Positions 7,618 through 15,876 of a stretch of DNA of 30,659 nt are shown here, one piece after another. Every line of letters starts with the position of its first letter. The stretch's first letter is position 1. The notes below the pieces were generated by a model. It saw nothing but the letters and a program-made list of their open reading frames with translations. It did no database searches and had not been told where the DNA came from. Position numbers and translations under genes: made by a program. Source of the DNA: an uncultured Desulfobulbia bacterium (GTDB lineage Bacteria > Desulfobacterota > Desulfobulbia > Desulfobulbales > BM004); assembly GCA_964460745.1 (NCBI GenBank), contig CAYWUR010000001.1, forward strand, positions 1-30,659, read 5' to 3'.

Positions 7618-9177
7618 CTACCCTTTGTTTCGTAAATGGTCACCGGCTGCCGTATGATCCAGCCCCCGAAAAAAGTTAACCCAGGAAGAAGTATTATTTA
7701 AGGCCCAATCGCGGGGCGGCACAAAACCGGACTTCATTTCCGCCTCACGGCCACAGGCCTTGAGCCGCTCATAAACCAAGACATAAAGACAACGTTTTTC
7801 GCCGGGATATACTTCGCACCAGCCATCCCGGCTGCCGCCGCAGGGGCCGTTCAACAGATATTTGGCGCAGTCCGCCTGCGGACAGATATATGCCAGGTCC
7901 GCCAAGGTGCAGTCGCCGCAATTCTGACACCGGAAGGCCAGAAATTTAACAATATGCTCAAAACCGAACAAAAATTTTCGCAGGCAGGATTGATCCAGGG
8001 CCAGACATATTTTTTGCAGAGGACGACGAAAAACAGCCTGCTCGTCAAAGAAAAGATCATGAACCTGCCGGGCCAGAAAGTACGCCGCCTTTCCCCCCTT
8101 GCCGCGACCGGGGCGTACCGCCGGTTCGGACAGATTCAGGCCGCTGCTTTCGTCCTTTTCGTAATAATAAAAACTCCCGGCGGGCCAATAAGATAATTCC
8201 CCGACCAGAGTCCGCCAATCCGCGGCCCTGCCCTCGGCCTCTTCCAAAACAAAAGCCAGGTCGGCAAAGCTAAGGCCGGGGCCGCCGATATGGGCGCCGT
8301 TGTATCCCAGCCCTTTCAGGATAGCCAGCAGTTTGGCCGCCCTGCTTAAGCGCGCCCTTTTCCCCCTGTCCGGCGCGTTTGCCTCCTGTTTGATTTTCTC
8401 ATAGAGAGAGTCGGGAATCACGCAACCAGGCACCTTGCCGCGGTACATTAATTCGGTAACCGGCAGATTGGGAATAAAGACATTCCCCAGAATCGGAATA
8501 TCCAGCCCGTACTGTTTAATATAAAGAATGACTTCCTGAAATTTGCGGGCGTCAAACCCGAGCTGCGTAATGACGTAATCAGCGCCGGCCGCGACTTTAC
8601 GATGCAGCTTATAGTACTGCATCATGAGTTCCGCCTCAATCAGCTTGAAAGGCGAGAACGCCACGCCTTTCATAAAGGAGGTCGCCTGAATTTCACCCGC
8701 CGGCCGGCGGTTTCCGGCTGACAAGGCAACACCTTTATTCATGGCGCTCAACATATCCAGGACATGGACCGTATCAAAATCGAAAACCGGTTTCGGAAAC
8801 CCCCGATAGCCCTCTTTAGGGTAATCACCGGCAATAACCAACAGGTTGCGCAGGCCTCCCCGCTCCCAGGCAAAAAGCAGGCTTTCCATCTGGTTACGGT
8901 TCTTGTCCTTGCAGGAGAAATGGATTATGACTTCCGGTCCCATCGCCCGGATTTCCAGGCCCAGCACCTCCGGTGACAGCGCCGGATAACCACCGGCATT
9001 TTCAGTAATGCTGACGGCCTTAAATCGACCGTCAGCGGCAATATCTTCCGCCAGGCCAAGTATGCGGTTAAATTCCCGGCCTCTCCCGCCCCGACCGGGA
9101 ACCAACTCAAAGGTCAAGGTAAAATCGTCAGGGTCATGAAGGGCTTGTTTAAAAAGGGATTCGTTTATATTATGCAT
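7618..9177 (-). CDS. metF: Methylenetetrahydrofolate reductase with fused C-terminal Cys-rich MetV-like (MTHFR_C) domain
   Basis: N-terminal TFELVP, HFSCKDKN, LVIAGDYP, KVAAGADYVITQ motifs; C-terminal CQNCGDC...CPQADCAK...NGPCGG...CEV...C cluster. Confidence 0.85.
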   Translation of the reverse strand: MHNINESLFKQALHDPDDFTLTFELVPGRGGRGREFNRILGLAEDIAADGRFKAVSITENAGGYPALSPEVLGLEIRAMGPEVIIHFSCKDKNRNQMESLLFAWERGGLRNLLVIAGDYPKEGYRGFPKPVFDFDTVHVLDMLSAMNKGVALSAGNRRPAGEIQATSFMKGVAFSPFKLIEAELMMQYYKLHRKVAAGADYVITQLGFDARKFQEVILYIKQYGLDIPILGNVFIPNLPVTELMYRGKVPGCVIPDSLYEKIKQEANAPDRGKRARLSRAAKLLAILKGLGYNGAHIGGPGLSFADLAFVLEEAEGRAADWRTLVGELSYWPAGSFYYYEKDESSGLNLSEPAVRPGRGKGGKAAYFLARQVHDLFFDEQAVFRRPLQKICLALDQSCLRKFLFGFEHIVKFLAFRCQNCGDCTLADLAYICPQADCAKYLLNGPCGGSRDGWCEVYPGEKRCLYVLVYERLKACGREAEMKSGFVPPRDWALNNTSSWVNFFRGLDHTAAGDHLRNKG

Positions 9178-9282
9178 AATAGAGGATACTCCACGGCGTC
9201 TCCGGTTGTCCTGTAACCAGTTACAATTATGGGGGATTACGCAAATTATAGTCCTACCCCGGAGAGTAATTAACTTTTTAAA

Positions 9283-9966
9283 ATGACAAATAACAACAAA
9301 TTAATACCTGACTGGCGAAAAACAGCCTTGGTCTTTCATGAGCGGGCCGCGGAATACGACGGCTGGTTTGAAGGCAATCCGGTTTTTGAAATTGAATTGG
9401 CCGCCCTCAACAAAATAAGCATAGTCCTGCGCAAACCAAAATTTGAAATAGGAGTCGGCTCCGGCAGATTCGCCCAGGCCCTGGACATAACCCTGGGAAT
9501 AGACCCGGCCCGGGCGGCCCTTGATTTCGCGGCCAGGCGCGGCGTGGCAACTTGTCAAGGAATCGGAGAGGCATTACCGGTTAAGAATAAAAGTCTGGGG
9601 AGTATTTTCATGCTTTTCAGCCTCTGCTTTCTGAGGAATCCCCGGCAGACCCTGGCTGAATGCCATAGAGCGCTACAGGACAAAGGCTGTCTTGTTCTGG
9701 GGATGGTGCCGGCATCAAGCGCCTGGGGTAAGGCGCTGACCGTCAAAAAAGCCAAAAAACATCCTTTTTACCGTAATGCTTCTTTTTATAAAGTTGAAAC
9801 GGTAGAAAAATGGCTTGCTGAAGCCGGTTTTAAAATCATCGAGATCAAATCTTCATTATTGCAACCGCCGACGGGATTAACAAAAATGGAGCAACCGCGC
9901 GAAGGACGCCACGGCGACGCCGGATTCATGGTCATGGTTGCCGGGAAAAAACCGGGAAACGGTTAA
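9283..9966 (+). CDS. Class I SAM-dependent methyltransferase
   Basis: AAEYDGWF start, motif I EIGVGSGRFA, GIDPA, GIGEALP, LCFL..P..L.E..R.L. Confidence 0.85.
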   Translation: MTNNNKLIPDWRKTALVFHERAAEYDGWFEGNPVFEIELAALNKISIVLRKPKFEIGVGSGRFAQALDITLGIDPARAALDFAARRGVATCQGIGEALPVKNKSLGSIFMLFSLCFLRNPRQTLAECHRALQDKGCLVLGMVPASSAWGKALTVKKAKKHPFYRNASFYKVETVEKWLAEAGFKIIEIKSSLLQPPTGLTKMEQPREGRHGDAGFMVMVAGKKPGNG

Positions 9967-9968
9967 TT

Positions 9969-10811
9969 ATGCGGCAAATCATTACTTTAACCACGGATTT
10001 CGGCCTGACTGATGAATATGCCGGGGTAATGAAAGGCGTCATCCTGACGCTGGCCCCCGAAGCCCGAATTGTCGACCTCACCCACGGCATCCGGCGGCAG
10101 GATATCAACGCCGCGGCCTGTCTTATCGGCAGCGCCTATAAATTTTTCCCGGAGCGCAGCATACATATTGTGGTGGTTGATCCAGGCGTGGGCGGCAAAA
10201 GACGCTTGGTACTGCTCTGCAAAAACAGCCATTTATTCCTGGCGCCCGATAACGGCGTTTTGACTTTACTCTTAGATGCGAAAGTTGCCGGGGAGAAGCC
10301 GACGGCTTATGAGATAACGAATTCCGCCCTGTTTCCGCGGCCGGTCGGTAATACTTTTCACGGCCGGGACATCATGGCGCCGGTGGCGGCCCGCTTGGCA
10401 ACAGGCTCACCGCCAAGCGGGGTAGGAAGGCAATTGCCCATTGACGAACTCTTGACACTGCCCCTTCTCAGGGAAAAGATCAACCACAAACTTAAATCTA
10501 TTACAGGAGCAGTAATAACCGTCGACCATTTCGGCAACCTGTTGACCAACATTCAACTTGACGCCTATGTCGCATTAACCGGCGCCGGTCGATTCTCCAA
10601 CGGCAAGCTGATCATCAAAAATCATGTCATCCACGGGCTGTCGACTTCCTACGACTGTACGCCGCCAGGTGTGCCGCTGGCCATCTTCGGCAGCCGTGGC
10701 TGCCTGGAAATCGCGGCCAATAGAGACAGTGCCGCCGAAATACTTAACGCCGGGCCGGGAGAACAAGTGATATTGTCCTGCCCGGCCGCAGCGGATAATC
10801 AACACAGGTAA
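9969..10811 (+). CDS. DUF62 SAM hydroxide adenosyltransferase (SAM hydrolase; chlorinase/fluorinase family)
   Basis: ITLTTDFG, IVDLTH, VVVDPGVGGKRR, APDNG, TFHGRDI, VDHFGN motifs; 2-nt gap after the methyltransferase gene. Confidence 0.9.
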   Translation: MRQIITLTTDFGLTDEYAGVMKGVILTLAPEARIVDLTHGIRRQDINAAACLIGSAYKFFPERSIHIVVVDPGVGGKRRLVLLCKNSHLFLAPDNGVLTLLLDAKVAGEKPTAYEITNSALFPRPVGNTFHGRDIMAPVAARLATGSPPSGVGRQLPIDELLTLPLLREKINHKLKSITGAVITVDHFGNLLTNIQLDAYVALTGAGRFSNGKLIIKNHVIHGLSTSYDCTPPGVPLAIFGSRGCLEIAANRDSAAEILNAGPGEQVILSCPAAADNQHR

Positions 10812-10834
10812 ACTGTCGATCGTTTACTACAATA

Positions 10835-12355
10835 TCAAGCGGCATCGGCGGCCTTTTTACCATCAACCAACTGCGTCAAGAGGTTGACGTTTTCAAGCAG
10901 TTCGACCGTATGCGACTGCACCGAGGTTGCAGCGGCAGCCAGTTCCTCGGAATTTGCGGCCAGCGCCTGGGTGTTGTTATCCATTTCCGTAACAGCAACA
11001 TTTATCTGCGATATACCCTGGGCCTGTTCATGCGAGGCCCCGGCAATTTCCTCGACAAGAGAGCTGACCTTGCGAGACCCGTCGACAGACGCCTGCATCC
11101 CCTTGGCGACATCGCCTACCCGGTCGAGCCCATCGTTTACATTACCTATCGCTTGCTCCAGCAGCTCGCTGGATTTACGGGCCGAATTGGCGGTCCGCTG
11201 CGCCAGACTGCGCACCTCATCGGCAACCACGGCAAAACCCAAACCATGGTCACCGGCCCGGGCCGCTTCCACCGCCGCATTCAGGGCCAGCAGGTTGGTT
11301 TGAAAGGCTATTCCCTCAATTTCCTTAATAATGCCGGCGATCGCGTCACTGTCACTCTTAATGTTCTGCATACTGGCCAGCATTGCCTCCATCTCTTTAT
11401 TGGCGCTGCAACTGATCTCATCATTCTTTTTCGTGGCCGAATTCGCTTCACCGGAATTTGCATCGTTTTGCTGAACCATGCTGGAAATCTCCTCCAGCGA
11501 GGCGCTGGTCTCTTCCAGCGAGGCGGCCATCTGCGATGCCATATCGGCAAGCTGATTTGATGAAGTTGCCGTCAGGTCGGACTCGTTGGTAATTTTTTCG
11601 GCATTTTCTTCAAGCGCGGTCACGCTGCGGTTTATTGTTCCGACAAGCATGCGCACAAACAGGTAGGCAAAAATAATAGTCACGATGATGGTCATGATGC
11701 CGCCGACGGTATAAAAAACCGTCAGCAGGTCTGTTTCTTTCTTAACGCTCTGCTTCATCACTTCCAGGGAAGATCTCATTTCCTCAACAGCCGCCCTGGT
11801 GCCGGCCATAATTTCCATATAACGGTCATCATATTCGCCTTCTATTGACGAGATGGCGTCATCCTCTTCCGCCGCGGCCAGGGCCGGCAAAATCGTGCCG
11901 CTTATAATTTCCTTCATCCCAGCCCATGCCTCATTGGCCGGCGCCAGAAGAGCAAGAGTTTTGTTGGTGATCTCCCGGGCATGACAGGAAGTGCATTGCG
12001 CACTCTGCGAACCGGCCGTCGCCGTAAGGCCATGCGTCAAGCCCGCCATTGCGGTGTCAAACCGCTGCATACCGGCCTGTAGCGGTTCCAGCTCCGACTC
12101 CTCATAATCCATGGTAAGGGATTTCAGCATACTGCTGATCAAATTAAGATCACTACGCGCCCTTACAAGCCGCCCAACGTATGACGTCTTCAGTTCTATG
12201 CCCGTATAATTCCTGCCGCCTATCTGCACCCGGCTGATGATAATTTGCGCCAGGACGGTGCTGGTGACCAAGCCGACCAGGACGAAACCGACCAGCAGAA
12301 ACAGTTTTGCCTTGAGGCTCGTTCTGTCGCTCAAACTTATAAACCATTTAATCAT
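10835..12355 (-). CDS. Methyl-accepting chemotaxis protein with a periplasmic CxxCH (heme c) motif
   Basis: Two transmembrane segments; signalling-domain hairpin [37 protein letters not shown]; CTSCH encoded at 11981-11995 between the TM helices. Confidence 0.9.
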   Translation of the reverse strand: MIKWFISLSDRTSLKAKLFLLVGFVLVGLVTSTVLAQIIISRVQIGGRNYTGIELKTSYVGRLVRARSDLNLISSMLKSLTMDYEESELEPLQAGMQRFDTAMAGLTHGLTATAGSQSAQCTSCHAREITNKTLALLAPANEAWAGMKEIISGTILPALAAAEEDDAISSIEGEYDDRYMEIMAGTRAAVEEMRSSLEVMKQSVKKETDLLTVFYTVGGIMTIIVTIIFAYLFVRMLVGTINRSVTALEENAEKITNESDLTATSSNQLADMASQMAASLEETSASLEEISSMVQQNDANSGEANSATKKNDEISCSANKEMEAMLASMQNIKSDSDAIAGIIKEIEGIAFQTNLLALNAAVEAARAGDHGLGFAVVADEVRSLAQRTANSARKSSELLEQAIGNVNDGLDRVGDVAKGMQASVDGSRKVSSLVEEIAGASHEQAQGISQINVAVTEMDNNTQALAANSEELAAAATSVQSHTVELLENVNLLTQLVDGKKAADAA

Positions 12356-12431
12356 AGCATTTCTCCTTACGCTTGGTCAGCCATAACGTGTCGCCACCAT
12401 CCGGCCTGTTTCTTGTTCACAAATGTTATCG

Positions 12432-13814
12432 TTACATCTCCGCCGCGCTGATTGCGCCGCAAATCTCCAGAGCCATCGCGTCGATGACCGCCTCGTTTTC
12501 CCCTTCCACCATCACCCTGACCACCGGTTCGGTGCCCGACGGCCGCACCAGAATCCTGCCCTTATCGCCGAGTTTTTGTTCCAGGGCGGCTACCTTGTCC
12601 CGCAGCGCCGGAATCTGTCGCGGATCCATCTTCCGAGCGGTACGCACATTCTTCAGAACCTGGGGATAGGACTCCATAATTCCGGTGAGTTCCGACAAGG
12701 GTTTTTGTTGCTTTTTCATACTGACAAGCAGTTGCAGGGCGGCAAGAGTACCGTCGCCGGTTGTGTTGCTCTTAAGAAAAATCAGGTGGCCTGATTGTTC
12801 GCCGCCGAAACTGAAGCCGCCCCGCCGCATTTCTTCAACTACGTAACGGTCGCCGACCTGTGTCCGAACCATCCTGCCGCCCATGCGTCGCATGGCGATT
12901 TCCAGCCCCATATTGCTCATAACGGTGGTCACCAGGGTTTTCTTCTTTAGTTTGCGACGGGCCATGAGGTCGGCGGCACAGATGGCCATGATATAATCGC
13001 CGTCCACAATGCTCCCGTGTTCATCTGCAACAATTAAACGGTCGCCGTCACCGTCAAGGGCAATGCCGATATCAGCGCCCGTTGCCCGCACAGTTTCAGC
13101 CATACACTGCGGATAAAGCGCGCCGCATTTTTCGTTTATGTTCTTGCCGTCGGGCGCAACCCCGAGGGTGGTAACCTTGGCGCCCAGCTCCTCAAAAACA
13201 TGGGGCGCCACGCCATATGTGGCACCGTGGGCACAGTCCAGCACAATATGAAAATCGTCCAGCGTGTATCGGCCGGGAAAAGTATTTTTTAAAAAAACGA
13301 TGTACCGGCCTCTGGCATCATCGATGCGGTCGGCCTTGCCTATTTCATCGGCAACGGGCCGGAGGGCCTCCATCTTTTTCGAAAAAATGAGATCCTCTAT
13401 TTCGGCCTCCAGGGCATCAGGCAATTTGAAGCCGTCATGCGAAAAAATCTTGATGCCGTTATCCTGAAAAGGATTGTGCGAAGCGGAAATAACCACGCCG
13501 GCGTCAGCCCGCATGCTGGTAGTTATAAAGGCAATGCCGGGCGTGGGCAGCGGACCGACCAGCAAAACATCGACCCCCATGGAGCATATCCCGGCCGCCA
13601 GGGCGTTCTCAATCATGTAACCGGACAGACGGGTATCCTTGCCGATTACGATCCGGTGCCCATGCTTCTTATTTTTGACCAGATATGCTATCGCCCTGCC
13701 GATCTGCATGGCGATTTCGGAAGTCATGGGAAAAATATTGGCAACGCCCCTGACCCCGTCAGTACCGAACAATTTTCGTGTCAGACCTTCTTCTTGATTT
13801 GTTTGCCACCCCAT
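12432..13814 (-). CDS. glmM: Phosphoglucosamine mutase
   Basis: [17 protein letters not shown] (phospho-Ser), DGDGDR, GGEQSGH, RPSGTEP motifs. Confidence 0.95.
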   Translation of the reverse strand: MGWQTNQEEGLTRKLFGTDGVRGVANIFPMTSEIAMQIGRAIAYLVKNKKHGHRIVIGKDTRLSGYMIENALAAGICSMGVDVLLVGPLPTPGIAFITTSMRADAGVVISASHNPFQDNGIKIFSHDGFKLPDALEAEIEDLIFSKKMEALRPVADEIGKADRIDDARGRYIVFLKNTFPGRYTLDDFHIVLDCAHGATYGVAPHVFEELGAKVTTLGVAPDGKNINEKCGALYPQCMAETVRATGADIGIALDGDGDRLIVADEHGSIVDGDYIMAICAADLMARRKLKKKTLVTTVMSNMGLEIAMRRMGGRMVRTQVGDRYVVEEMRRGGFSFGGEQSGHLIFLKSNTTGDGTLAALQLLVSMKKQQKPLSELTGIMESYPQVLKNVRTARKMDPRQIPALRDKVAALEQKLGDKGRILVRPSGTEPVVRVMVEGENEAVIDAMALEICGAISAAEM

Positions 13815-13863
13815 AAATCACCCTATCGGCAGCTTCATTATTTTTCTTTACCCCTCGCCGTTT

Positions 13864-14865
13864 TTATCTTATGTTTTTTTTCCTTTTCCGTTCGCTGATC
13901 TCCAGCATCACGGATGCCGGGGAGATGTTAACAACATGGACATCGGGCGGAGTTGTTATGTGTACCCTGAGTTCGTGTTTTCCGGCGGAAAAATCGGCAA
14001 AATTGACAACGGCGGGAAAGAGGCTTTTCAAATCCCGGGTATTATTCAACAGGCTTAAAGGCAACTCGGCGCGGACATCAACAGTTGCCGGTAGCAAGCG
14101 AATCTTTTTATCACCCTGCCGCACCGCGGTCGGCAAGAGTTTGACCGGGATATTAGCAACCAGCCGCTTCGTTGTTTTTTCCCTGATTTTTATGCGGGCG
14201 GTGACAACGGTCTCCCCGATTAAATCGGCTATGGCCGGTTTAAGGTTCAGCGTCACTTCCTTGAGCGTCGGCGCCTTCATGTTGGCGATGTCAATTTTAT
14301 TTGTCTTCAGATAGTCTTCACCGCTCAAAACGCCGGCCGGGCCGGCAATAACGATACTGGTGGGCTCCAGTTGCAGCCCCGCCAGTTCGTAACCGGCGGC
14401 GGGCGCCCCCTTGATCACCGCCTTTACCCGCAGTTCTTTTTGAATCAGTTTATCCAGCAGAAGAGTTAAACTGGTTGGCTGTATTCGTAAAACACTGACC
14501 CCGCGCGGGAAAGGGATGGCATCCGGTTCATTATGCACGACGACCTTGCCCGGTCCCGCGTCGGACAAATCCACGGAACGGCTGATATGCTGCCCGGACA
14601 ACCCCGTTATCAGACGCCGCTGGCCGCTGACCAGAACATCGAGTTCTTTTTTGAATTGATTGGAAATAACCAGGTTGCGGGGCAGATTGACGATTTCCAC
14701 CGGCACGACGACATTCATATCCACCTTGTCCTCGCCGACCACGAAATACCAGAGGAATATCGCAAAAAAAAGGGAAAGGAGCTTAAGGACCCAGTTTTTG
14801 GGTCTCTTTTTAGGCCAGGGCCTTGTACTCAAAAAGGCTATTATCCGTTTAGCCAGTTTTTCCAT
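13864..14865 (-). CDS. cdaR: CdaR/YbbR-family diadenylate cyclase regulator
   Basis: N-terminal KLLSLFFAIFLWYFV anchor, YbbR-type repeats (AAGYEL...P....IAGP), position between cdaA and glmM. Confidence 0.85.
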   Translation of the reverse strand: MEKLAKRIIAFLSTRPWPKKRPKNWVLKLLSLFFAIFLWYFVVGEDKVDMNVVVPVEIVNLPRNLVISNQFKKELDVLVSGQRRLITGLSGQHISRSVDLSDAGPGKVVVHNEPDAIPFPRGVSVLRIQPTSLTLLLDKLIQKELRVKAVIKGAPAAGYELAGLQLEPTSIVIAGPAGVLSGEDYLKTNKIDIANMKAPTLKEVTLNLKPAIADLIGETVVTARIKIREKTTKRLVANIPVKLLPTAVRQGDKKIRLLPATVDVRAELPLSLLNNTRDLKSLFPAVVNFADFSAGKHELRVHITTPPDVHVVNISPASVMLEISERKRKKNIR

Positions 14866-15629
14866 AACGGTTGCTGGGATTCTTTATGAATAAAAATTTC
14901 CGCCAGTTGATTACGCATAACCGTCCCATCCGTCATTTTGTTGATCGCGCCATGCTGGACAAGGGATATCTGGCGGGTTTCCTCCGAGACCACAACGACC
15001 ACCGCGTCGGTCTCCTCTGAAAGACCAATGGCGGCCCGGTGTCTTGTCCCGTACTGCTTATTGATATACGGATTCTTGGTCAAGGGCAGCAGGCAGCCGG
15101 CCGTCTGAATCCGACCTTTGCGAATTATCACCCCGCCGTCATGCAGGGGGGAAGAAGTGTGAAACAGACAAATAAGGAGTTCCTTGCTTAATATGGCATC
15201 AATATTATGGCCGGACTCAACATAATCCTGCAGACCGGTTTCTCTTTCAAGCACTAGGAGGGCGCCGATCCGATGTCTGGCGAAATACTGAGCGGTCTGG
15301 ACAATTTCCTCCAGGGCGGCCATGGTTTCATCAAGGGGTTTATGAAACGCCGTTGTCCCTACCTGGGTCAAGGCCCGTCGGATGTCTCGCTGAAAAACGA
15401 TTATAATGATGAGAAAAATTGAACTTAAAAAGGTGCCGAGCAGCCAATAAAGGGTCAGAAGTTCAAGGGCGCGCGCCCCGAAATACATAACGGTCAGGAC
15501 GGCGATGCCGACCAGCATCTGGGCCGCCCGTGTCCCCCGGATCATCAAAAGAACCCGGTAAATTATGAAGTAGACCAACAGGATGTCAACCACATCCTGC
15601 CAGCGTAAGGAGCGTAAAACGTTAAACAT
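14841..15629 (-). CDS. cdaA: Membrane diadenylate cyclase (c-di-AMP synthase)
   Basis: Three N-terminal TM helices, IIVFQRDIRRAL, GALLV, SPLHDGGVII (DGA-like motif) and GTRHRAAIGLSEETDA (RHR motif). Confidence 0.93.
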   Translation of the reverse strand: MFNVLRSLRWQDVVDILLVYFIIYRVLLMIRGTRAAQMLVGIAVLTVMYFGARALELLTLYWLLGTFLSSIFLIIIIVFQRDIRRALTQVGTTAFHKPLDETMAALEEIVQTAQYFARHRIGALLVLERETGLQDYVESGHNIDAILSKELLICLFHTSSPLHDGGVIIRKGRIQTAGCLLPLTKNPYINKQYGTRHRAAIGLSEETDAVVVVVSEETRQISLVQHGAINKMTDGTVMRNQLAEIFIHKESQQPLWKNWLNG

Positions 15630-15876
15630 TATGCACTCGTAAAAGGTCTTGGGATGGCTAAGGAAAAAACTTGCTTACAAGGGTTACCATAATTCCTTAT
15701 TATAGACAACTTGTTGGATAGTCGGACAAGCAGAAATTTTCTGTTCGGCGAAACAATTTTCGCCTATAATGCCGGCTGACCGGCAGGCGCCCCATCAACT
15801 TTTGACTTTTTAATAATTCATCATTACAAGTGAAGGGGCGTGGCACAGAGAGAACTCTCAAGGAGCTTCAATATAC

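Noticed and set aside
9969-10811. Fluorinase or chlorinase (halogenase) activity
   Set aside because: The TFHGRD motif with conserved Asp and Arg indicates the DUF62 hydroxide-adenosyltransferase type.
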